Source: a virus. Taken from it: 64,000 nt of DNA. How positions within the stretch are numbered: position 1 is the stretch's first letter; every line of letters starts with the position of its first letter. The notes under the pieces are model-generated. The model was not told the DNA's origin. It saw only the letters and a program-made list of their open reading frames with translations, and searched no databases. Made by a program: the position numbers and the translations under genes. Positions 39,816 through 51,651 of the stretch are shown piece by piece. The stretch spans positions 1 through 64,000 of IMG/VR virus record IMGVR_UViG_3300032235_001069, one strand, 5' to 3'.

Positions 39816-39984
39816 AATTAATTTTAATAATTCGACTCAACTTTGGACTGCTGAAACTGAAAGTGGAATTTTTATCGGAAGAGCGAAAGATAAAGAAAGT
39901 TTGTATGAACAAATTTTCCTTTATTTCAGAATAAATATTCACTTTTAATCTTGACAAAATATATAAATCTGCTAAATTCTCATC

Positions 39985-41079
39985 ATGAGTACTGATAAAA
40001 AAATTGACGTAACAAAAACTACACAAAGCAATGCCCTTGGACCATCTGCAATTAAATCTGCCATCAAGACTCTATTGAAGGCCAGAGAAGTTCCTATGAT
40101 TTGGGGACCTCCAGGTGTCGGCAAATCAGATCTCTGTTTTGAAATTGGCAAAGAAACAAATCGGAAAGTTCTCGATATTCGTCTTGCGCTTTGGGAACCA
40201 ACTGATGTTCGCGGGATTCCATTTTACGATCCAGAGTCTAAAACAATGAAGTGGGCTCCGCCTTCTGAGCTACCACAAGGTAAAAAAGATAATCCTATTA
40301 TTTTATTTGACGAACTTCCTTCTGCAGCACCCACTGTTCAAGTTGGGGCGTATCAGATTACTCTAAATCGCAGAATTGGCGAGTATGTACTTCCCGAAGG
40401 CGCAGATATGATTTGTGCTGGTAATCGCGAAAATGATCGTGGTGTTACTTACAAAATGCCAATGCCTTTGGCCAATCGCTTGATTCATCTTCAGATGAAA
40501 GCAGATTTTAATGATTGGTTTCAATGGGCAATTAATAATGATGTACATAATGACGTAGTTTCATTTTTAACTTGGTCCAAAAAAGATCTTTTTGATTTTG
40601 ATCCAAAGTCTTCGTCAATGGCTTTTGCAACTCCTCGTTCTTGGGAAAAGGCATCTAACATTCTAAAGCATGTAACTAATGAATCTGAAAATTTAGTTAC
40701 CTCCTTGATGGGGGGAGCGATTGGCGATGGCTTGGCAATTAGTTTCATGACCTACAGGAAGCTCGCAAGTAAGCTTCCTAAGACAGATGAAATTTTAGAT
40801 GGTTCGCTTAAGAAACTTAAGAACTCAAAAGACATTTCAATTCTTTACGCAGTTTGCATCAATTGCTGTTCAGAACTAAGAGAAAGAATTGGTCAGAAAA
40901 ATTGGCTAGAACAAGTAGATAATTATTTTCAGTTTGCTCTTGACAATTTCATGCAGGAGATGATAGTTGTAGCAGTCAAGTTCGCATTGAGAAATTACGA
41001 ACTGCCAATCGATCCATGCAAGCTTAAAACATACAACGCTTTCATGGAAAAAGTGGAGAAACATCTCTTTTCTAATTAA
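39985..41079 (+). CDS. MoxR-like AAA+ ATPase
   Basis: WGPPGVGKS, ILFDE, AGNR, LANR, TPRSW. Confidence 0.9.
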   Translation: MSTDKKIDVTKTTQSNALGPSAIKSAIKTLLKAREVPMIWGPPGVGKSDLCFEIGKETNRKVLDIRLALWEPTDVRGIPFYDPESKTMKWAPPSELPQGKKDNPIILFDELPSAAPTVQVGAYQITLNRRIGEYVLPEGADMICAGNRENDRGVTYKMPMPLANRLIHLQMKADFNDWFQWAINNDVHNDVVSFLTWSKKDLFDFDPKSSSMAFATPRSWEKASNILKHVTNESENLVTSLMGGAIGDGLAISFMTYRKLASKLPKTDEILDGSLKKLKNSKDISILYAVCINCCSELRERIGQKNWLEQVDNYFQFALDNFMQEMIVVAVKFALRNYELPIDPCKLKTYNAFMEKVEKHLFSN

Positions 41080-41080
41080 T

Positions 41081-42256
41081 ATGCTCAAAAAAACGGAACA
41101 GTTGTCAGCTACCGATAAAATTATATCGGCAAGAATTAAATTGCTATTAAGTCAACCGTTTTTCGGAAATATTGTATCTCGTCTCGAATTGGTCGAGACG
41201 AGACAATTTCCAACTGGAGCAACTGATGGATATAGATTATATTTTAATCCAGACTTTATTGACAAATTAACTTCAGCAGAAGTTTTATTTTTTGTTGCTC
41301 ATGAAGCTTGTCATATCATTTTCCTTTATTGGGAAAGACAGAATGATAGGATCAGTCAAATGTGGAATGCAGCTTCTGATTATGCGGCTAATGATATTTT
41401 AAAAGTAAATAAAATTGGCAAATTGGTTGAAGATTGTCTTTGGAGTGAAAAATACAAGAATTCTTATTCCGAAGAAATTTATGACGATTTGCAAAAAAAT
41501 GCTCCTAAAACTGCTGCGGCATACGATAAGTTTTTAAAAGATTTAGCTTCTAAGATTCTTGATACCCATATTCCAATGGATAAGGATGGAGAGGGCAATC
41601 AAAGATCTCAAGAAGAAATTGAAAGCTTAATTAATCAAATTAAGCAAGATATTATTTCTGGAATACAATCTTGCGATTCTGGAAATAGACCGCAAGGAAT
41701 TGATCGAATTGTTGGATCTATCACCAATCCGCAACTGTCTTGGCAGGAAGTTATTCGCCAAAAGTGCAAATCAAAAATAAGAAATGATTTTACTTTCATG
41801 CGCCCAAGCAAAAGATCTTTTCATACGGGAGTATATCTACCCAGCATGCATGTTGAAGATCATATTGATATCTGCATTGCATTTGATGTTTCGGGTTCAA
41901 TTGGAGACGATTTGATTTCGCTCTTTAAGTCTGAGATTTTTGGAATTATTTCTGATTTTAAATCTTGGAATATCAAGATGTGGAGTTTCGATACTAAGGT
42001 GTACAACGTCAAAGAATACTCGTCAGATGGCGATTCTGGCGTCCTTGATTACGAACCTCAAGGAGGTGGAGGTACTGATTACGAATGCAATTGGCAATAC
42101 ATGAAAAACAATGAAATAGATCCTAAACTTTTCATCATGTTTACCGATCTATATCCATATGGAAGTTGGGGCGATCCTAACTACTGCGATACAATTTTTA
42201 TAGGTTATCATAATAAGACAACAGTAGCTCCATTCGGTGAAACGATTCATCTATGA
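41081..42256 (+). CDS. metallopeptidase + vWA protein (DUF2201-like)
   Basis: ATDG, HEACH, DVSGS MIDAS, GGGGTD, FTD. Confidence 0.88.
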   Translation: MLKKTEQLSATDKIISARIKLLLSQPFFGNIVSRLELVETRQFPTGATDGYRLYFNPDFIDKLTSAEVLFFVAHEACHIIFLYWERQNDRISQMWNAASDYAANDILKVNKIGKLVEDCLWSEKYKNSYSEEIYDDLQKNAPKTAAAYDKFLKDLASKILDTHIPMDKDGEGNQRSQEEIESLINQIKQDIISGIQSCDSGNRPQGIDRIVGSITNPQLSWQEVIRQKCKSKIRNDFTFMRPSKRSFHTGVYLPSMHVEDHIDICIAFDVSGSIGDDLISLFKSEIFGIISDFKSWNIKMWSFDTKVYNVKEYSSDGDSGVLDYEPQGGGGTDYECNWQYMKNNEIDPKLFIMFTDLYPYGSWGDPNYCDTIFIGYHNKTTVAPFGETIHL

Positions 42257-44563
42257 CACTTTATAAAAAGATTGGTAAAAAATACGTTCCAGTAAGCGAC
42301 ACTGAGGCTTATTCTGGACTAGATAATGGCCACTGGCTAATTTCTATTGAAAAGGGTTCAACAAGCTGCAGAAGGGCAATTAATCCAGCTTTTGCTGAAT
42401 TAGAACTCGCTTGCCTCTTGACAAGCCATAAGCTTGTGAGCTATCTTAGTGAAGTTAGTGCTGGTAGACCCAAAAGCAAATCTTTGACAGAAAAAGAACA
42501 GAAAGCACTTAAAGCCTTCTACAGGATAGCTGGTAAAGATTCTTTGCTTTATTGGGAATATCCGTCTCTTCAAGAAATGGCAGAAAATATACTCAAATTA
42601 ATTGCTTCAAACGGAAAATGTGCCTAAATTTATTAATGTTATATTTGATAATATTTCACACACCAAAATTCTTTAAACATATTAAATGATTAAATTTATT
42701 AATTCATTTCTAAATCTTTTCGAAAAGATCTTTAAAAGATGTCTGTTTGCATGCTTCGCAACCGTTGCATTTCCATTCATAATGATAGCTTTTATACTTG
42801 GCATAATAGGTTTAGAAAAAATAAAAACCAAAGACGATGAAGACTAAAACAATTGAAATAGATTTAAATAAATTCTCCAAAGAAGAATTGATTTTTCTCA
42901 TTAACATGGCTCATTCTAAAGATATAACATTTAACGAGTGTATTGTATATATAATTAAAAGAGCATTAAATGAATTCGAAACAATTGAACGAGTTAGAGC
43001 TGAACGAGCAGCTGCAAATATTGAAGAGTGAGTATTTAGCTAGAAAAACTTTCCATCTAATAAAAACTGGAAAAGAGCCAAAAAGAAAAAATCTATTTAA
43101 AAATCTATTTTATCTAGCTGGTTTCGGAGATAAATATTTGCAAATATTGTCTACTGGTCAAAAAGGCATTGACTCTCAACTTTATCAATTTTGCAAAATA
43201 AAAATAAGAGAAACTATGGATGAAAATGTTACGGACTTTATGATCCGTAGCATAATTGATGTCTGCGATAAATATTTAAACATAGCTTCTTTTAATTTTA
43301 ACAAATCTTATGTTTGGACTTTAGAAATAGCTTATTCGGATGTGCAGTGGGAGCAGATTGATTTAGAACTTCTATCTAATCACTCTGACAATATTGATAT
43401 TGTTAATTATTTTCCTAGCGTTATAAATTTTAAAAAAATCCCACAAAGCATTAAAAAAATTCTTGAAGAAAAAAAATTAGAATTTGAGGCTAAAAAAGAA
43501 CTCGAAAGAGAGCAGATTATGATTGACTATCTTCAAACAAAAGGCTATACAGTTCAAAAAACAATTCTATGAATAGACATACTAAATTAAGTTCCAAGCA
43601 ACCATACTTATCTTTAAATAAGTTTTTATACGAGGAAACATTTGAGTTCGAACTTCATGATTTTAATTCTTTAAAATTTTGGATTCAAAAAATTGAAGAA
43701 CAATTTCCAGAATTTAAAACAAATTTTGAAATCAAAACTGAGAATCATCGATGTATTATTAAATTTTCTAGATATCAGAGAGAAGATGAAGATACTTCTT
43801 TAGAGACTTTCGAAAAGATTCTTGAAAGTAAAGGTTATTTAATCGTCAAACCAGTATTGCCTATTTCAAAATCTGAGATTAAGCCCCTTACTATAGCGCA
43901 ACTCTCAGAGCAGTTCATGTCGGTTAAACCATTAGATACTCAATTTCTACCAACATTAACCACAAACTATTTAGCAAATTTATTTCCAACTGGATTTACT
44001 TACCTCAACACTACAAATACAAAATAAATATGAAAATCAAAAATCTAATCATTAGCTCAATTTTAATGAGCGCATCTATCGTTTCAGCTATTAAAGCTGT
44101 TGATAATAAGCAAGCTAAGTATTGTCCTGTTGTTGAGCCAATTGTAATTAATCCCGCAGAACTTTACGCACAGAATAATGAAGAGCAGCAATTTATTTTT
44201 GAAGAACATTGTCCAAAATGTCAGTCTGGAGTTTTTAGGGCAAGAATTGACGATCCCAAAAACGAAAAAGGTTTAAGTTGCACATTCTGTAGTTTCACTA
44301 AGGCTGAATAATTCATGATTCCAGAAATAGGTAAAAAATACAATATAAATTATCTTCCTTGGCCAAGTTTTCTAAAAAATCAATTTTTAGTTAAATATAA
44401 AGGCATTGGCACTTATGGAGGAGATTCAAGAATTGAAACCTATGGAATGGAATATGGAGCAGAAGCAAGTGAAATAATTTATTGGTTTACAGATCTAGAA
44501 GGTGGAAATTCGGGCTGGTTCTCTTCAGAGGATATCATATCTGAATGCAAGGATGAAGTGTAA
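42253..44563 (+). other. run of hypothetical ORFs (42253, 42837, 42970, 43569, 44030 with CxxC pairs, 44315)
   Basis: co-oriented, tightly packed ORFs with no family I recognise. Confidence 0.6.
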
Positions 44564-44572
44564 TACTATTAC

Positions 44573-44953
44573 ATGGATTCTAATCATTTAAAAGAGTATG
44601 GGATTGACATAGGTCTGTTGGTGAGCGGTTTGTTCGGAGCAATACTTCTCACCAGTAAAGGCTCTGCAATGAATCTTCCTAGAACTATATCTAGTTTAAT
44701 AGGTGGTGCTGCTTCAGCTAATTACATCACCCCTATCGTAGTTAATATAGCTAAACTGGATAATACTCACTACCATTATGGTATAGCTTTTCTGTTGGGC
44801 TTCTTGGGATTGAAGGGAATTGAATATTTTAGCAAAAAACTTCTCCCAGATGATATGGAACAAATTATACAAAAAGTTGAAATTCCTCTCGAAGAGGAGA
44901 GTATAAAAGAGATCAAGAAATCTAGAAAACCAAGAAAGAAAACTTCTTTATGA
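44573..44953 (+). CDS. holin-like multi-TM protein
   Basis: three hydrophobic segments, basic C-terminus; GTGTAA upstream. Confidence 0.55.
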   Translation: MDSNHLKEYGIDIGLLVSGLFGAILLTSKGSAMNLPRTISSLIGGAASANYITPIVVNIAKLDNTHYHYGIAFLLGFLGLKGIEYFSKKLLPDDMEQIIQKVEIPLEEESIKEIKKSRKPRKKTSL

Positions 44954-45357
44954 GCGCAATCGTAGTAGTCAATGCAATCTGTAACGTAACAACATCAATT
45001 TCCTCTTTAGCATTATTGCTTCATGTTTTTGGAGATCCTCATAATGAAATTTGGGATAATAAAATTAAAGCTTGGCTTGCCAAGCTTGGATTGAGCGTAA
45101 TGATTTGTGGTGCGACATCCAACGCTTTAACGCTTTCAAATCCACCTGCAACAGAAGTTTTATTAAATGTCGGTATCGCCCTTACGCTATTCTGGCTATC
45201 TTGGTGGCAATGGGAATTGTTCAAGCAAATGCACCACAAAGCAAAAAAGCATGTGGAAAAGCAGCAAGAATTAAAAAAGTCCGAAGAAAAAGAACAGGTT
45301 AAACCTGTAGTTCGTAGATCTCCAAGAGTCAAGAGAACGAACAAAGTTAATGCTTAA
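44950..45357 (+). CDS. membrane protein
   Basis: three hydrophobic segments, basic tail. Confidence 0.6.
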   Translation: MSAIVVVNAICNVTTSISSLALLLHVFGDPHNEIWDNKIKAWLAKLGLSVMICGATSNALTLSNPPATEVLLNVGIALTLFWLSWWQWELFKQMHHKAKKHVEKQQELKKSEEKEQVKPVVRRSPRVKRTNKVNA

Positions 45358-46042
45358 AAAGCTTTTAAATTTAAACTTTTTACGTCTCAGCCTTTTTAAT
45401 AAGACTGAGACTCTTGCTATATATGTGCAATACCCAATAGCTGATTTAGAATGCGCTCAAGCATTAGGTGCAATTTGTAAGAAAAAATATAAAATCAAAT
45501 ACCTGAACCATGGCACTTTAAACAAAAAAGCTTTAAAAAAAGTCGATTGTTTAGTTTTTCCAGGTGGCTTGGGTGATTCTGATAATTTTGATCATCTTCT
45601 AAAAGATAAAAAGAAAATCGTCGAAGATTACGTTTCGAACGGCGGCAAGTATCTAGGCATATGTATGGGTGGATATCTTGCGGGTAAGCATTATTTTAAT
45701 TTATTAAAAAATGTAGATGCGGTTCAATACATTAAAAGAAAAAAAGCTGAACTGCGATACGAACACGAAACAGTAACCCAAATCAAGTGGAAAGGAAAAG
45801 CATATAAAATGTTTTTTTATGATGGTTGTGCATTGATTGGTGATGAATCTAGCTTTCAAACTATCGCAAGATATAAGAATGGCGATCCAATGGCTATTAT
45901 TCAAGGTAACGTTGGCGTAATTGGCTGTCATCCCGAAAGTCCAAAGTATTGGTACGAAGGCACTGCATTTGAAAAATACTGGCATGAAGGCGCGGATCAT
46001 GAATTATTGCTTGACTTTATTCAAGACTTGCTAGATAATTAA
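45350..46042 (+). CDS. BPL_N-like class I glutamine amidotransferase-fold protein
   Basis: VFPGG, YLGICMGGY, GCHPE. Confidence 0.8.
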   Translation: MLKKLLNLNFLRLSLFNKTETLAIYVQYPIADLECAQALGAICKKKYKIKYLNHGTLNKKALKKVDCLVFPGGLGDSDNFDHLLKDKKKIVEDYVSNGGKYLGICMGGYLAGKHYFNLLKNVDAVQYIKRKKAELRYEHETVTQIKWKGKAYKMFFYDGCALIGDESSFQTIARYKNGDPMAIIQGNVGVIGCHPESPKYWYEGTAFEKYWHEGADHELLLDFIQDLLDN

Positions 46043-46781
46043 CGCGCACCCTTTCTTGTAAAGTATGAAAAATAAAAACGAAGTAATCTTTGTCGTAAGC
46101 AATCAAATCGTCTTTCCAAATTCAAAAATCAATTGGCCTGATTTGAATTATCCAGATTCTGGAGAAACAATTCTTAGATATCTTCATTTGATCGACTATT
46201 CGAATAAAAAGATTCAACTAGATTCTGCAAATGGACCTTGGTTTGAGAACTCTCAACTTCCATCTGGCGTAGGTTTCTTCAAAAAAATTTAATCATGCAA
46301 AACGGAAAAGGTTCAAAGCCTAGACCAATCAAAAATTTTGATCAGTTTTCAAATAACTGGGAACAAATCAATTGGAACAATAAAAAGCCTAAAAAAAATG
46401 AAAAAAGTAAAAATCAAAACACTGTGCTCAACTTGTCTGGACCCACTAGAAGTTGAGTGGCCTGAACAAATGAATTGGGCTGGCGAAACAGTCACTGCCC
46501 ACGAATACATGGCAAAAGCGTTAAATTCAGACTTTGCCAAGATCTGTTGTGATAAATGTCTTGACGAAATGCCAGATTTTGATTTTAATGATCCTAATTA
46601 CAACGTAGAATACGTATGAATTTATATAAAAAAGAACCAGAGACTTCAGAACTTGAATCTGTACTAACTCTTGTTCCAGATGTTGGAAGTGTTGCTGATT
46701 TGATAGATTATTTGATTGATCAGCAAAACAAATATAAAAACGACGAACTCTTTTATAGTTTCGTGCAGTCAAAGAAAATCT

Positions 46782-47087
46782 ATGGAGAATGATGATTCTT
46801 TAACAGTTCAAATAGAAGAGCAGAATTATCATAGACTTGTTGACACGATTATTGAGCAGTCATACGTTCTCGAAGGAGAAGATTTAGAAACCTTTAATAG
46901 AATTCTCCGTAAAAAAAGAAAACATTTTGATGAGTCTTGTGGTTTAGAATTCGTTTCGGTAACTAGAAAAAGCACGCTTGATGGAGATGACGAATTCGAA
47001 GACTACGTAAGATATACTTATTATCATAATTTTAAAGTAGTAAATAAGAAAAAATACACTTGGGCAAAAATAAAATATGGAATCTAA
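46782..47087 (+). CDS. small protein, 'IKYGI' C-terminal family
   Basis: ends FKVVNKKKYTWAKIKYGI. Confidence 0.65.
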   Translation: MENDDSLTVQIEEQNYHRLVDTIIEQSYVLEGEDLETFNRILRKKRKHFDESCGLEFVSVTRKSTLDGDDEFEDYVRYTYYHNFKVVNKKKYTWAKIKYGI

Positions 47088-48278
47088 ACTTAATGATCTA
47101 ATTGAATATCACGTAGCCAAAAGAGAAAACAATACTTGGTGGACATGCAAAGAAGTAAATTCTCTTGAAGAGGCTCTTGAGACTCTACAGAATTTGAAAT
47201 TTGAAAACAAAAAAGCAGATTATCAGATTTTAAAGAAAACAACTTCCTTCGAGGTAGTTTTCCATGATTCGGCGCAAATGGATTTATTTTAATATGAATA
47301 AAATTTTATTCGTAATCGGATCAATCATACTTTTAGTTTTTGGAGGCTTGACAACTGGTCTTTTATTTGCTTATCTAATGAAGCAATGACATACCTGCTC
47401 AAGATATACAAACAAGATAAAAGAAAAAAAACTGGCTATCGTTTTTGTGGCGAGTACGAATACGATAGAAAAGACTTGCATTCAATGCATAGAGAGATAA
47501 AAGAACTACATCCTTTATATCCTCACAAAGAAGGATACATGTTTCAAGTCTTTGAAAAAGAAAATCCACCATTTGCTTCAACCAAAGATCCTGTATATCA
47601 AGCATGAAAATCTTCTTAGATGGCCACAAACCTTTTGAAAAACATTTCAAAATTAAATTTGATGAGCCAAAAATTAAAATCCATAGTAATGGATTTATTT
47701 CTGTTACTGTAGATTGGCATTCAAAGAAGGGTTGCGAGCATTTCTGGAGATTTAAATATCCAGATTTGACCCACAAAATGTTTGGCGGCGAAACAATCTT
47801 TAAAAGAAAAAAATATTTAACTAAAGCTGCGGCATTCAATTTTCCAGATCTAGATGTAGATAACGAGGATTGCAAGAAGGTGGATTTTAAAGAATTAAAA
47901 ATGGCTTCTTGGTTTGACATATGCATTGGATCAGAAACGGAAGAAGAATTTTATAAAGATAGATATGATTACATTTTCTTCGAAAGTACAAAATACGGTT
48001 TGGTTTGCTGGTTTGCTCCAGAACGCTGGGAAAATTGGGATGAAGCAAAAGATTTCGTACAATGAAACAATGGCCTAAAGTTGGTAGTAAAGTAACCTTT
48101 ATAGGTGCGCAGCATTTTTGGTTTAAAAATGTTACCAATTATGCAAATGATCTCTTGCAAGTTGGTCAAGAATATACTATATCTAAGGTAGAACCTTTGT
48201 CTAGTTGGTGCAAAATTTATTTAGAAGAGTTTCCAGATAAAATATTTTCTTTAAGTTTCTTTGATTATTAGCAAACAA

Positions 48279-48352
48279 CGATGAGTAGTTTAAGTGGACA
48301 GAACAGCAATGGACGCATTAGTGGTACACGTTCGAGTCGTGTCTCATCGACC
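48279..48352 (+). ncRNA. tRNA-like element with non-canonical anticodon arm
   Basis: CGATGAG/CTCATCG acceptor, GTTT/GAAC D stem, ACACG-TTCGAGT-CGTGT T arm, ends A-CC. Confidence 0.7.
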
Positions 48353-48526
48353 TTATTTCATCAATTACGAGAGTTAGATAGAAAGATCACTAAGATTGAC
48401 GACAACATAATATTCTGGCTTAGAATCTTTAATTACAAAGAAGCAAATAAATTAGAAAAGAGAAGAGAAACTCTTGATAAAAAGAGGCAGCAAGTTAGAA
48501 ACAAAAGAAAAAAGTATGAAGCATAA
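48281..48526 (+). CDS. basic coiled-coil ORF whose only ATG lies inside the tRNA-like element
   Basis: 81 aa open frame, no in-frame ATG after the tRNA-like part. Confidence 0.45.
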   Translation: MSSLSGQNSNGRISGTRSSRVSSTLFHQLRELDRKITKIDDNIIFWLRIFNYKEANKLEKRRETLDKKRQQVRNKRKKYEA

Positions 48527-51093
48527 AATTGCTTACAAATTCTACTCTTATGAGTGCGGAGATGGTTGTTGCGTTGAAACTGGGTACGACTGGTACGTAG
48601 ATGGAGAATTTATTCTTCGTAGTCCGAGCGAGGACGCTGGATGGATGGCGGTAATACGAAAACTAGGAATTGATGCCACATTGGTGGGGCTGGATGAGAA
48701 TGATCAAGAAATTTGGGAACTATAATATTATGGATAAAACTCCCACACCTACTCTCAAACAGAAAGTAGAACAGTACGAACTGTTCTTGCACAACATTAA
48801 CATGATGCTTGTTTCTGGAAGTATTAAAGGTGTTCAAAAACTTATTGACCATGCAGATTCTTGGTCGTATAGTCATCGAGTGGGTAACGGAGAACTTACA
48901 GAAGAAGAACAGCAAGAATTAATCAACAGAGCTTTCTGGAATCTCAATAATATTCATCTAGATTGACATGGAAAACACAAACTTTCTAAAAGAATTAGAA
49001 AAAAATCACAGAAAAGCTATCAAAGCAATCAAACACATGATTGATATTGAGGCTCAAGAATATCCTGAATATAAAGCAGCCGCAACACTGTGCAGGTTTA
49101 TTTATGATAGCGAAGATAGGTATCTACTAATCCAAGAATCTGAAAAATTTGTTTATTTCTACCAAAGCTCACATGACTTTGAAATTCTGTGCAATAATAT
49201 ATATCACTCATTGACTGATGATGGGGATATTGCCTTCGTGCAGATTAATAATCATTGCCCAGTTATCGTGTTTCAATCTCGTTGGGAGCTGAAGATTGAT
49301 GATCTCATGTCTAAAAGTGATAAGGCATTATATGAAAGATTAAATGCATTTAAAAAACGAAGAGGAATGCTTCCTCTTCATGAGAATAAAATGGTAATTT
49401 TTAATAATGCTTACGAGTATATTGAAGCGGTTAAGCAGTATCGCATAGACTCAGAAATACAGAGCAACCGATTTGAAGAATGGAAAAGGTTGAATTTGAG
49501 ATTAGCAGATAGACCACAAGCTAATTTAGATGAAGTTGACTTTGGAGCACCACATTTAAAAGAAGAATAATATGGAAATCAAACCAAAACATTTCTATTA
49601 CAACGAAACAGAAAACCGATTAATCTTTGTCTCAAAAGTCGAGAAAAGGCATGATGGAGTTGAAATCGTTTGGGCTTCCAAAGTTAACAAGAAAGATAGC
49701 ATTTATACTCATTATGCTTCTGGTTTTTTGTTTAATCATAAATTGGTAGGATTTTTAATAGAATAATATATGGGTAAATCAAACTACAAACTATCAGACG
49801 AACAAAAGAAAGAATTAGATATCGTTGCTGAAAAAATGATTGAAGAGCTAGAAAATAGGTTGAGCGCTGTCGTAGGAGATATTTTAGATCCATACGATGG
49901 TCGCAAACTAGATAATAATAAACTTACTGCCATGATGCGGCATGTTGGTGATCAGATAGCTTCTTATTGATATGACAGAAGAAGCCAAATTCCAAAAACT
50001 CTTTGAACAGAATGAAAAAGAAATAATTAAATGTCTGATCAATGAGACTAAAGAGCTTTATGACAAACTAGAAGCTTGGGAAAAGTGTGCTGAAAATCTT
50101 GTTGACTATGCTCATGAATTTGTGCATCAATTATCATTATGGGGCAAAGGTTACGATAGAAATGATAAACAAATTAAGCTTGCAGAAGACGCTATTGCAG
50201 AGTATATTAGATTGAAAAATGAAACGAAACCTAATGAATGAATTGAAAGAAGGTATCGATGCATTGACTTATTTAGCCACTAATATGAAAGTTTACCTTG
50301 TAATTGGTCACAGTAATATTTACGGCAGTGATGTTCATAGCGTTCATCAAACAAAAGAATCAGCTGAGATGCAACAGCAATTCTTAGAGGAATCTGACAA
50401 TAAAGAAGAAGGAAAGTTCTATTTGGTTGAAGTGTTTGAAGTTGAGAATATAAAATAATAAATATGGCAATTGAAACACATTTCGACGCATGGATAAGAT
50501 TCCCAGTGATCTCCGAATATGATCATGGGACGTTTGATCGTTTACATAAATTGCTTGGTTCGGTAGAAGATATCGAATATAGCTTTGCAATTGAATTCTC
50601 CTGTGGAGATGGAAAATATCTATCAGATCTAGACACAAAAGAGGAAATAGAAAAGTATGATGGTAATGTTTGTCTACTTACTCCTCCTCGTCTTAATGTA
50701 ATTAAGATGTCTCAGATGCCAGAGCAAATGAAACCTAACAAAGATTACCGCTTTACTGTCAAATATAATCCCAAAACAGAAGAACAAATCTTCTACATCA
50801 ATAGTAAAGTAAGAAGCAGAAAAGAAATAAGAAGATAATTTCGGGCTAATGAAATTAAATTATCTAATAATCTTTGTTAGTCTTGTATTAATAGACATTG
50901 TCTACATCTTTTATCTTAAGTATGTAGCTCAAAACAAAATAAATAAAGCATCTAGCTGGGCATCAGTTGTTACTCTCTTGAATGGAATTATAATCATTAA
51001 TTATTCCTCCGACATTTATAGCGTACTTTCTGCGATGATTGGCGCATATGTTGGCACTTTCATCTCAATGAAATTCTTTAATAAAGATTAAAA

Positions 51094-51651
51094 ATGAAAA
51101 ACTACGACGATCTAGTAAAAAAATATCCAGAACTCTTCGTTGTTGAAGAGGATTCTCAAGAGCCTTTTGCACATTTTGGTTTTGAATGTGGCATTGGATG
51201 GTATGACATCATCGATAAAGCGTGCTATGTAATATATTCTGAATATAAACGTCACCTTTATTATGCAAAAAAGTACAAACAAGATTTAGACGACATTGAA
51301 AAAACCATTCAAGAAAGGCAATCTTGGGATAAAGACAAGACTAGAGAATGGATTATTGCGCATACTGAAGCATCTTATAGCAGTTACAGCAAGATGGCAG
51401 AAGAAGAAAAAGAAAGATTGCCCAAAACAACCCAAATCAAAGAAAAATTTGGTACTTTGCGCTGGTATGTAAACAATGCCGACAAAACTTCTCAAAAAAT
51501 CATTGACTTTGCGGAGCTAATGAGCGAGAATACCTGCGAAGTTTGCGGTGAATACGGTAAAACCTACACAACAGGCTGGCATAAAACTTTTTGCTTAAAA
51601 CATGCTATTGAAAAATATGGAAAAGAAAAAGTTGATCAGTACAACAGTTGA
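51094..51651 (+). CDS. conserved phage protein (QIKEKFGTLR type)
   Basis: FECGIGW...QIKEKFGTLRWY...CEVCG. Confidence 0.7.
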   Translation: MKNYDDLVKKYPELFVVEEDSQEPFAHFGFECGIGWYDIIDKACYVIYSEYKRHLYYAKKYKQDLDDIEKTIQERQSWDKDKTREWIIAHTEASYSSYSKMAEEEKERLPKTTQIKEKFGTLRWYVNNADKTSQKIIDFAELMSENTCEVCGEYGKTYTTGWHKTFCLKHAIEKYGKEKVDQYNS

